Positions 51,015 through 61,875 of a stretch of 64,000 nucleotides of DNA are shown here, piece by piece (the stretch's first letter is position 1; every line of letters begins with the position of its first letter). Source of the stretch: Laetmonice hystrix (Eukaryota). Both the position numbers and the translations under genes were made by a program. The notes beneath the pieces were generated by a model. That model saw only the letters and a program-made list of their open reading frames with translations, searched no databases and was not told where the DNA came from. The DNA is taken from positions 46,872,001 through 46,936,000 of the forward strand of contig OZ249437.1 in the NCBI GenBank assembly GCA_965235115.1, written 5' to 3'.

Positions 51015-51465
51015 AGGCAGGGTAAACACCCACGGCAAATAAGGTTTCGTAGACCAAATGAAACACCAGCATTTACCTCAGGGCAATAAATGCCACAATT
51101 ACGTTGTCTGAATGAAGTAATTAACGTGTAACCGCCCGATGTATGACGCTGCTGGTTCCGACATTGACCTTCTTGCGTGTTCATCAGAGCCGAATGCTGC
51201 ACACCGCGGCGTATTACGTAACTTTACGTGTTACTCTGCTCACAGACCTTGTCTACACGATGTTTGGAGTCCCAGTCTTTGTAAACGTTTGTAAACGTCC
51301 GAGGTGTTGAACACACAAGTAGAACCAGCGGCGTCATACATTGGGCGGTTACACGTTAATTACTCCATTCAGACAACGTAATTGTGGCATTTATTGCCCT
51401 GAGGTAAATGCTGGTGTTATATTTGGTCTACGAAACCTTATTTGCCGTGGGTGTTTACCCTGCCT
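51015..51465. mobile_element. Non-autonomous DNA transposon (MITE), Kolobok-like, 451 bp
   Basis: TTAA on both sides (51011-51014, 51466-51469); termini AGG...CCT; near-identical 144-bp TIRs (51015-51158 vs 51322-51465). A TTAA target with purine-starting termini is typical of Kolobok, whereas piggyBac termini start CC. Confidence 0.88.
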
Positions 51466-53665
51466 TTAAGACGTAATAATCTGCATTTTCTTTTATCATT
51501 AGTAAATTACATTTTGTACCCTATTTTAGTATGATATACATATTATATACTAATAAACTTGCTGGATTCTTTTAAATCCGTTGAACAAAGTCGTTCACTT
51601 TCGAAGATTATTCATCCTGTGATAAGTGGAAACATCGTAACGCCACCCCTGGATATCAAAGGGCACATTTTCTACAAAAAGCAAGGCAGAAGTCGCACAA
51701 AACGTTATTTTATCATATAAAATGTTGTTACGCGTAGGAAAGCCGATAGCGTCATGTTCTTGCATTCTCTATATAAAGGTAACATTGCCGTGGGCACGAC
51801 TTGACATTATACGTGCACACGGCCGATATACAATGCTAGCTGTCGTTTATCATGTTACCACATCATCAATTACACCTATAAACGTTCAATATATGCGGGT
51901 AAACCAAAACTAGCCGTGGTTTTATGGGATACGACATGGGCGGCGTGTGGCTTCTCACAACAACTTGGCTCATGGTATTGGCTATCAGGGACAGGTAGCT
52001 ACAGGTTTCTAGATACACGTATATATCATACCTGACTGTCTGCCAACATGCACCTTGGGGCATTCAACCCAGCTCTGTCATCACGGACAGGTATCATACC
52101 GATTCTTTGTCATGGACGTCTTTTTTTGTAGATATATGCTGTGTGGGCGCCCCTGGCGTCCCTAAACACCCCAACCCTATCCGACTCCTCCCCCTCCAAT
52201 ACATGGGCCAATCATCATGGCCTGGAAGTAAACTAAAGGGTCCAGGCTGTGCGGCGGAAACATCAACCTTTCCTTTCAAACTATCACCGTCTACAGGGAA
52301 TCAACCTGCTGATTTTCATGTTCACATCTTTACCGATAACATACTCCCAGGTTATAAATACATGCTTCTGATAGTCGCTAAGATATTAAGGGGAGAGGGC
52401 TGCATTATTACCGACTTTCAAACAATAGGTTAAGACAATGGCTTTATTATTGGCCTTGTATCTGACCTTTCTTGACCTTTGGTTCAGTGCCGCTCTTCGC
52501 ACGAGTTGGTCAGTGTGAGAGAGAAGTGGCCACTCCTGGGATCAAACAAGGACCGCACTGTGTCAAAGTCATCACTTTTGTTCAAATCATACCATTCATT
52601 CTCTTCACTACCAACTCCAGTCTTCACCTAGGCGATGACTTGATTGGTTCTAGGAAGAAACGCCTTTTAATGGGCACTAGCTAATGATCGCTGGTCATAG
52701 TTCTAAACCTGCAAACTTCATTTTCGTGTTATACGGGAAAGTACAATTGTATGTTGACAACAGCCTACCTGTCCATAAATTGATTAGATGGAGGGGGGAC
52801 CTTTGTTCCCACGTCTTGGAACTTGGCTTGGCGTGCTTGGGTTCTCTCCAACCCCCACAGCCACCAGAACACCTGGGTACCTGAGCTGAGGGCCGGTCAC
52901 GGCGGACCGGGAGGAGACGCCTTGTGATACCTGATCGTACCTCCTGCATCGGTCTGATCAGGTGTGTGGGTGCATGATCCAGCCTCCCACCCCTTCCTCC
53001 CTCCTTCCTTCCCTCCCTTCCTTCCTTCCCGCTCCCTTTACCCCCTCTCCTCGCTTCCCACCACCCACTCACCCCCAGGCTCTCACGCTGCAGTCATCCA
53101 TGCAAACTTCTCTCCTCATGGAACACTCATGAATAATGCCCAGCCAGTCTCATGTGCTGTCAGGTCGTCCATCTACCAAATTTTTCACTCAGTTCAAAAA
53201 TATTGAGAGGACAAATCATCTGCAGCTTATGAAAAATTCTACAAGTGACAAACTAGTGATATAATTGATACATATTAACCCCCCCCCCCCCACCCCCACA
53301 AAAAAAGAAAAAGAATTCGCGGTTATTCATTCAGGATGCTCTCCATGCTATTCATTTATTCATTCCTACAACCATGGGAGGCCATGGAGTGTGAACAGAT
53401 TCTGGCATCTCTCTCCTAATGACTGGGTCCCACTCACTGTACTATTAGAGTGTGCTCGCCCCGCCCGTAAACCCCCGAGTTTATCTGGTACCACGATGTT
53501 CACAGACGTTCCATTCACGTGCGATGAGCCGCAATGTTCAATGGTGGGCAGGGCTGTAAGTACTGGTCCTGGTCGCTGATCTAATTTGTACTGTTTAAAT
53601 CAGGGCTCCAGCGGTGCGGATCATTACACTAACTCTGTCAAGGCCACCTCCCACCGGCCGCCAGG

Positions 53666-53682
53666 GCGCCCCCTACTGACCA
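53666..53682. promoter_or_regulatory. CTCF-like motif GCGCCCCCTACTGACCA
   Basis: Close match to the bilaterian CTCF core GCGCCCCCT(A/G)(G/C)TGG. Motif match only. Confidence 0.22.
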
Positions 53683-56600
53683 TCCGTGAAGGGCTTGGAT
53701 GAAAGCGCCACTGGTCCCTTGAGTACTGAGTGGTCTGTGATCAGCAGGGATTCGGACGTGCTGCTATTTCACAAGAGAATTCTCGCTCAGTTCCACACAG
53801 CTTGAAGGTCACCTCTGCCTGTTTCCTTAAAGTTTTCCCTCCTTTTTTCTTACGTCGAACTATGCTGAAACCTAGCAGCCTGTTTCCTTTTTGAGCAGGA
53901 ATGACTCTATAAATAACTTTCTATCTTATCCAGCTGGAATGCGGGAGATCCAAGTCAGCCAGTCCAGCTACATGACAGAAGGATCCGAATCAGCAGTCTA
54001 GTATCCACACAGTGTGAATGACTGCTGCTAGCTGTTCCCACCTTCACACCTGACAACCATCCTACACACCCCTGGCTCCACAGGAATGCAAATTACATTT
54101 TGAAGATGTAAATGGTGGCTGAGAGTGGTGGGCCGGGTCCGTTTGGTGTTTGCAGGGCTGCTGGGCCCTCCATTATAACGACAGCCACGTGGGCCTGGCC
54201 TCTGCCAAGGCCCATCACGTCAGCTGGTCACTGACCGTGCAAAGCGGCCAGCTAAAGGCCACCTGACCTACCCCCACCTCCAAGGGCACTAGGCCACTTC
54301 AGCAGGCTTGTTGGGACTGGGCCACCCGATCCCCAGAGGGCAGCACAGGTACTCGGCCCCTTGTGCCCGGTTTGCATGCGATCCCAGACCACCTGCTCCG
54401 ACTCTCAGGTTTAGCCTCTGAAGACCTGAATTTGATTTCCAACATTGGGCCACAGTAACCAGAAAAGGAAGAACCTGCCTTTTAGTATCTCCATAAATAA
54501 AACATTGACTCACTCCGATGAATGCCACTGCATGAGTTTTTCGTTTGTCAACTGGAGTATGTTACAGAGGACGCAGATCGAATGATCTCTGGAAGTTGTA
54601 CCTCTAATCTATAAAAACGTTATATCTAGACCGTCTAACCCCTAGTCGCCAGCACTGTCAGAGATTCCTGAGCCCTTCGACAACAACACTGTGTCACTCG
54701 TCTTCGGAACGTATGCATGAAGCTAGTCGCTAATGACCACGTCAGATGGATCATTTCCACCTTCAAGCGACTGGTGACCCTATACAGAGACATGTCAGTG
54801 AAGTTATTTCTTGTACAGATTTCCCTGGCTACATTCCTTCGGAAAGCTTACTGTCACGTGGTTTTATCAGCTGTTAATTAATCATAATTAGGCGAACAGC
54901 ACGACCATCATCATTAAATGTTTGTAAACATCCCTCGTTCCACTATAAACCCTACAACCTAGCCCATATTAATTTCTTAGTATTTCCACATCATATAAGC
55001 CTGACTTTGCTCCTCGGTATAGACCTCCATTTGCTTACACTCGACGTTAACTTGGTCTGTATACGTGAGGTTTTTGTAACGTTTTGTTGTTTAAACCGTG
55101 CACAGTGAGACGTACTCCAACATCCTCTCGCCACGCCAATCTCCTAACATCGTTACCCTCTACATCCGACTTACCCTACAATTATCATGTCTTCCCCATG
55201 AATGAATACAAAGTCTAACCCAATAATACAGAGTAAACTACGAGGACATTTATGTGAAGGACTATGTATCACAGTGTGCATCCATACAAGTTGATAGTTT
55301 CCGACCCTAACATCGGTTGCTATGCTGTGACTCAGAGAACGTACGTACTTTATATTTGCAAATACTCAGGTCATCTGCTACATAGACTATATTTATAGAA
55401 TACTTCACATGCGATTATGACATAAAATGATGACAAAAGGAAATGTGATAATGTATGAAGAACATTATAAAATAGAGAAGTATCCACCATAAGATAGACA
55501 TGCTGACTCATTTCACAGGTGCTTGCTCTTCAGTTCTTCTATTCTGAATTCATTAAATCGTCTGCTTCCTTTCTTTTCAAATTTAACTGCGACCTGACAA
55601 TTGCGGACACACCTTCTCATTCCAATCAAACTCAGCCGAAAGCCCCCAAACTCACTGCATTTATCTACTCTGTACCAAGCGTACCGGAAAGGCCGCCTGA
55701 CCTGCTCCCCCAACGTTTCTCTGGTCTCTGGGACCTTTGTAATTACAATGACTCCAAATGGTGAGGATGAAAAGAGCTGCCTCCTCTCCAGGGCTTGATC
55801 CTTGACCTCTGGTTTGACCTCAGCCCACCTGCCGGCACGACCGGCCACACCTGCCCACGTCAGGCTATAGACGCACCAGTGGCCACCAAGCTGAGAACAG
55901 GGGTTCACCGTGCGCCCAACCCGCCTTTATTTACCCACCATTACTTCTGCCACTCTGAGCGTGCATGAGGGTGTTACCCCGTCTATTTAATGCTCCCCGA
56001 TTTCATTAGTTTACTGCCTACCGATTCACGGCTGCTACACCTCCACCGGCTCCTCGCCATGTGAGGCAGAGCGGGGCATAGTTCGACAGAACCCGAACAC
56101 AAACGGCCAAACAACCCTCGAGTCCAGGTAATGATATAAGATTGATAATTACATTGATCATCGCTCAGCAATGTCGGTTTTTTTTCTGACTCGGGTTTGA
56201 GACAGATGGGAGCATCTCTGCACGACATACTTTTTATTGGCCAGGTTGCCCTACCAACTGTGGACCACTCCAGACCGGGCCGGGCCCTCCCCTTGATCAC
56301 CCTCCACCCTTTCACATTCGGCAAAGAAACAGCACAATTTGCGCGCTGTTGTGGTCAGAATTGGCTGAAATCTGATCCCATTGGCGCACGGCAAGACAAG
56401 CCGTCCACAAAGAGCCCCGGACAAAGTCTCTGCGGCAGACCCCCATTGATGAAGCGGGCCCATAAATTTGCGCTTTAAAGTTTTTCAACAGATAAACAAT
56501 TATGTGCCGGCTGTTGGCGGCAGTGATTATATTTGTCAGAGGCACGAGACGCGGAGGTGACAGTTGGTCATTCATGGCCTCCACTGGGGACTGGCCGAGA

Positions 56601-58167
56601 AACTTTGGTGCCTAGCACCAGGAGCCTACAAACTGTCATGACCAATTGGTCACTCTCTATCTTGCCAACTGAGCACAAAAAAAACATGGACAATACTTTC
56701 TCATCGAACTCGACCCGACAAGCGGGGAAGCGCCCTCCCACCCGACCTCAGCCCAACCGTCGCTTCCTGTGCCACGTGAACAACTCAATCTGGGCTCCCT
56801 CTCTCAATTGTTAGGTCATATAGGGGTGTGAGACCGACAGCCGCCCCTCAAAATTACAACCTTGGGACCAACTACGGCCAATACGGCCAGATGCTCGCCT
56901 TCAAACTGATCCCAACCGGGTGGTTCGGGCCTACTGTCTACATGAAATCGGTTCATCAGTGTCACCTCAAGGAGATGTTCTTCTTGTCCGTGACAACACA
57001 ATTACAGTGGGCCCCTACTGCTGCTGTCTGGGCAGACATATCCATGCCCTTCTCTGATACACTGACACTAGGTGTGGGGCTTGGAGACGGCGGGTAGGGT
57101 GCAATTCCACCCTCACACTTTACCATCACCAGTTTAAATCTTCCCAGAAAAAAATCTAAGTGTATGGCAAGGTCTTAGCTCCTTTTATTTTCTGCTTGCC
57201 CCCATTCTACTCCACCCCACCCACACCCCGAGCACAAAAAAGCTGTAATATTCAAGCAATATATGTTTTCACACATACAAGGAGAGATCAGAGGGCAGAA
57301 TCCAATGTAAGAGGAATGGAACTAGTAAATATACAATCCTCCACAGGGATTGATGCTCCGGCTGAAGCTAAAACTTACAGTGTACCAAGTGTTACCTGTT
57401 ACCTTGTATATTGTATTGTATGTGTAACCAATTATAATGTAAAGCCCACATCCAATGAAGAGTTTCACAATATAATGTGGATGAAGTGGCACTATCAGTG
57501 ATCCCAGGTTTGATAAAGTAATACAAAAATATACCTACCTGAAGGTCCCCTATCCCATGAGGCCGACTTTATTATTTGGTTCTCAAAACGAGGCTACCAA
57601 GTTATCCAGTCCCCTCCGGTGACGTCAAACATGTAATACAGGAAATATCAGCGCTGGGGCGTTCAACCCTCGACCAACCCCGTATTACAGCTTTATATTG
57701 AGAAAGAACTGACCAATCACGTATCAGTATTCTGCTCAACCAAATAATAAAGCTAGAACTTTCCCTGCATGCCCCCAATCCGTGCTCATTAACACGTTGA
57801 GAGATGACCGTATGACCCCAGGGGGGAGACCGTCAGACGACCCCCAGCAGTCAGCCATACGATCGCTACGGGTGGTGCTGCTACAGCGCAACTACTGTCA
57901 CACCTTGTCACTCGGGCCCCTCAAATCGTGACATCCAAGACACGAATATTACCGGGCAACAATCACTAATATGATATCTGATCACGACCACTGGGCCGAA
58001 TTGGGATGGGGCCACATGGTACATCATAGCTTCATTAGTGCTATCTGTATGTTTCACATGGGGACATTCACCGAACAGGTGGAGAGGCTGTCCCTGGACG
58101 CCATGACATCCATATATATATGCTAAGTAAGGGTCCAAGGATATAGGGGATCCAATCCTCATTTGCA

Positions 58168-58381
58168 GCAATTTTTTCATTCCCTTCATTTCAGATTCCC
58201 GAATTGACCCTTTCTTGACGCCCATTTCTCCCCTTTTCCTCGTCCACCATGCAATTTTGCATGGTGCAATTTTTTGCAAAATCATGGTGCAAAATCGCAA
58301 GCAAATTTTTCATTCTCTTCATTTCAGATTCTCGAATTGACCCTTTCTTGACGCCCATTTCTCCCCTTTTCCTCGTCCACC
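58168..58381. repeat. About 81-bp direct duplication separated by a tgcaa/ttgca-rich spacer
   Basis: aattttttcattcYcttcatttcagattcYcgaattgaccctttcttgacgcccatttctcccctttt(t)cctcgtccacc at about 58168 and 58301. Confidence 0.85.
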
Positions 58382-59035
58382 TCTTCTACGCCCCTAAATC
58401 CTTAAAACTGCCTGTATATCGAAATGAAGTACAGTATATATCCAAGTTACCTTTCTTCAAGATTTATCATCCATATTCATTTCAACTAAATTGAGAATAA
58501 ATTAGGTACGATTGGATTAAGGGGCAGACTCTCAGAAACTAAAATCCTGAAGGTATGCTATTTCTTCCCAACGCCGTCGGTCAAACCAACTGCATGGTGA
58601 CTTTCATTTTTGTACTTTTCACCCACATAAATTAAGATTTACTCAAATCAAGATCTACCTTTTCTGAAAGTTACACCAGAAGTGAGCCTCACTTTCAGAC
58701 TAATGGATTATGCTGTCAGATGTTAGACTCTGCCTGTGGGTAGCAAGGAGACCTCTCGGTGAGGCTGTGTAGGTAGTATGGTTTACCTGGTGGTAGGCTG
58801 ATCCCATGTGTGCATACATCTGGGCTTGCTGTACATGGCTTCAGCCCGTCGCCTGGTGTAGAAGGCAGTGCGATCCGACGACAGGTCCTCTGTTGTTGTT
58901 TAAGATGATGGCGTGGATGTTGATGAGAACCGGTGACCACGACGCACGCTCCTCATGTTGCCGATGATGTCACTGACTGTACACCTGATGGGAGCGGGCG
59001 GACCCACACCTGCCCGCTGCTTACAACTGGAGCAG

Positions 59036-59062
59036 GGAGGAGGAGGAGGAGGAGGAGGAGGA
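59036..59062. repeat. (GGA)9 microsatellite
   Basis: Directly visible. Confidence 0.9.
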
Positions 59063-59350
59063 TGGGGAGGACTCAGCGCCGTCCCAGCACGCACAGCGAT
59101 GACCAATTGTTCCTCATGTCTCCTGTGGTTTTGACACAGCGGGAGTACTGAGAAGGTTGATAGTGAGACTGACGAGGTGGTCGGGCCTCATACCGTTATC
59201 CTCATCGTCCGAGTTGTCTCATCTACACAGCACTCCTTACCGAGCTCTGACAATACCTGAAGCACTGACCAACAGCCACTTTCTTCTTCCTCAATGTCCA
59301 TGGCAACGGTAGCATCAGTCAACCTATCCTTGCCGCCACCGCCAGCAACC

Positions 59351-59387
59351 GCAGCAGTAGCAGCAGCAGCAGCAGCAGCAGCAGCAG
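59351..59387. repeat. (GCA)n microsatellite with one interruption
   Basis: gcagcagtagcagcagcagcagcagcagcagcagcag. Confidence 0.9.
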
Positions 59388-59617
59388 ACCAGCCTACCGT
59401 TTTAACGCCCCGCCCGTCTTGCTCAGGTGGCCCTCCCGTATTTTGCCCTCATCCCCACTCATGCTAGGCCTTTAGACCCTGATTTATTATACGCCAGAAA
59501 CAAAAGGCATGTCTGAGAGTTATTTAGCCCAGCCTGCAGCACCTGGCGGCGGTCTGCCTTATGACTGCACCCTCCTAGTTTTATCCCAAGGCTGCCGATA
59601 GCCGTCTCTCATTAGGA

Positions 59618-59724
59618 TAAGATAAGATAAGATAAGATAAGTTTTTATTTGCAACCGTAAGGTTGGATTAAGATAACATACATATGTGTACATAATACTT
59701 AATACACAGTACATAATACATAAG

Positions 59725-59758
<34 letters not shown>

Positions 59759-60076
59759 ATTATATACATTCAAAAACGGTTATTGTTCACATTGGTAATT
59801 GCGTAAAGCCCACGGAATAAGGGAATTATTAAATCTATTTGTTCTTGCCTTAATTAGTGGGTAAATATTAGATTCTCGCAAAGAATATGGTATGGATCTT
59901 ACTTCTGGTACCAGATGATTTAGTTTATGTGATGGCTTCGTCATTTCGTTAAAATACTTCTTACATAGATCTTTCCGTCTGTTCAACAACATTGGTAGGT
60001 TTACATCAATGAGTACCTGGTGGTACGTGGTCCCAGGATATATTACTCTAAAAGCTCGCTTCTGTATCATTTCATT
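59618..60076 (-). mobile_element. 5'-truncated non-LTR retrotransposon, CR1 group (L2/Crack-like): ORF2 C-terminus, 3' UTR and microsatellite tail
   Basis: EMIQKRAFRVIYPG...LLNRRKDLCKKYF...HKLNHLVP...YSLR...ARTNRFNNSLIPWAL is the typical post-RT C-terminus of this group. AATAAA is followed by a (TTATC)5 tail; candidate TSD ttagga at 59612-59617 and 60077-60082. Confidence 0.88.
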
Positions 60077-60265
60077 TTAGGAGCCACTATCTGCCAGGCC
60101 AGGCAACCATCAGCTGTGGCCAGGAGAAAAGCCCTTCCATACAGTCGTGGCCACTTTCAAGCTGGTCCTACTGGAGGAGGTGGATGCAAACTGATCCGTT
60201 CGCCAAGCACCCTGTAATTCAGGTTCTGATAGAAGACGCACCCTCTGGCTCCACTGCCAGCGGAT

Positions 60266-61209
60266 GGCCAGGCCTGTGACAGCAGCGGGTAGATGTATAT
60301 AGCCTACAGATTTGGTGATAATGAGGCCAGGCCTGTGACAGCAGCGGGTAGATGTATATAGCCTACAGATTTGGTGATAATGAGGCCAGGCCTGTGACAG
60401 CAGCGGGTAGATGTATATAGCCTACAGATTTGGTGATAATGAGGCCAGGCCTGTGACAGCAGCGGGTAGATGTATATAGCCTACAGATTTGGTGATAATG
60501 AGGCCAGGCCTGTGACAGCAGCGGGTAGATGTATATAGCCTACAGATTTGGTGATAATGAGGCCAGGCCTGTGACAGCAGCGGGTAGATGTATATAGCCT
60601 ACAGATTTGGTGATAATGAGGCCAGGCCTGTGACAGCAGCGGGTAGATGTATATAGCCTACAGATTTGGTGATAATGAGGCCAGGCCTGTGACAGCAGCG
60701 GGTAGATGTATATAGCCTACAGATTTGGTGATAATGAGGCCAGGCCTGTGACAGCAGCGGGTAGATGTATATAGCCTACAGATTTGGTGATAATGAGGCC
60801 AGGCCTGTGACAGCAGCGGGTAGATGTATATAGCCTACAGATTTGGTGATAATGAGGCCAGGCCTGTGACAGCAGCGGGTAGATGTATATAGCCTACAGA
60901 TTTGGTGATAATGAGGCCAGGCCTGTGACAGCAGCGGGTAGATGTATATAGCCTACAGATTTGGTGATAATGAGGCCAGGCCTGTGACAGCAGCGGGTAG
61001 ATGTATATAGCCTACAGATTTGGTGATAATGAGGCCAGGCCTGTGACAGCAGCGGGTAGATGTATATAGCCTACAGATTTGGTGATAATGAGGCCAGGCC
61101 TGTGACAGCAGCGGGTAGATGTATATAGCCTACAGATTTGGTGATAATGAGGCCAGGCCTGTGACAGCAGCGGGTAGATGTATATAGCCTACAGATTTGG
61201 TGATAATGA
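60266..61209. repeat. 59-bp minisatellite, 16 apparently identical copies
   Basis: Unit ggccaggcctgtgacagcagcgggtagatgtatatagcctacagatttggtgataatga; 16 x 59 = 944 bp. Confidence 0.98.
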
Positions 61210-61651
61210 GCGCTAATGAGTGTGTCAGACAGAGTTTGTCAGGATCCAGGCGCTGCCGCTTTCCTGCCAGCCACCCCCGCCCCGCCCTCCCGCCGGCTGC
61301 CAGAGGCTAACCACACTTGTTTAGTCCACACTTGGTGAATGCATCCGAACCCTATCTCTACCTTGGAGGATTTCCACTGACCTGGTCAGCACTCTATGCT
61401 CCTGTGTCAACAGTTCTATACCTACAGACTCATTGTGCATAAACAAAACTTCGTTTGTTCGTAGGTTTACACCATGTAAAACATCCTACTTGTCATCACT
61501 CGGAGCGTACCGAGCAATAAGTGATATGTATAACGTTCGTAACACGGCTAAGTTCCAACGATAACCCGGGTTACTGCACTGTCACGCCTGAGGAGTAGTA
61601 CCCGACCACATCCAGGCAAAATATCGAGAAGCAGGCAAATTTTTCAGCTTC

Positions 61652-61875
61652 TTCCCTAGTCTGAAAAAGCTACGATTGACAGCGTGTCAATTAATTCCTC
61701 CAGGATATAAGTGACAACACTATCTGAACACGTCCTATCACTTCTAGCCAGACTAAAATGAAGAAAACTTGCATTGCCAAATTTTAATGTATACAATTTC
61801 CAAAAACCCATAATTTAAGTGACAGCAAAATTACTTATCTTATGCACCTTCTAAAATACGGAGAGGCCTTGCAGT
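61652..61875 (+). pseudogene. Decayed leucine-rich-repeat fragment, resembling RI-like LRRs of NLR-type proteins
   Basis: FPSLKKLRLTACQL (61652-61693), then in shifted frames DISDNTI, HVLSLLARLK*RKLALP and HNLSDSKITYLMHLLKY. Interrupted by stops and frameshifts. Confidence 0.4.

Noticed and set aside
53440-53520. Ig I-set relic (VLLECARPARKP / PEFIWYHD)
   Set aside because: Needs a frameshift, has adjacent stops, and no second Cys strand was found.
18916-54254. Peptide match LSVQSGQL (18939-18916, minus) vs LTVQSGQL (54231-54254, plus)
   Set aside because: An isolated 7/8 match is expected by chance among all six-frame pairs of a 64-kb window, and it does not extend.
60266-61209. CRISPR array
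   Set aside because: Head-to-tail identical units with no spacers.
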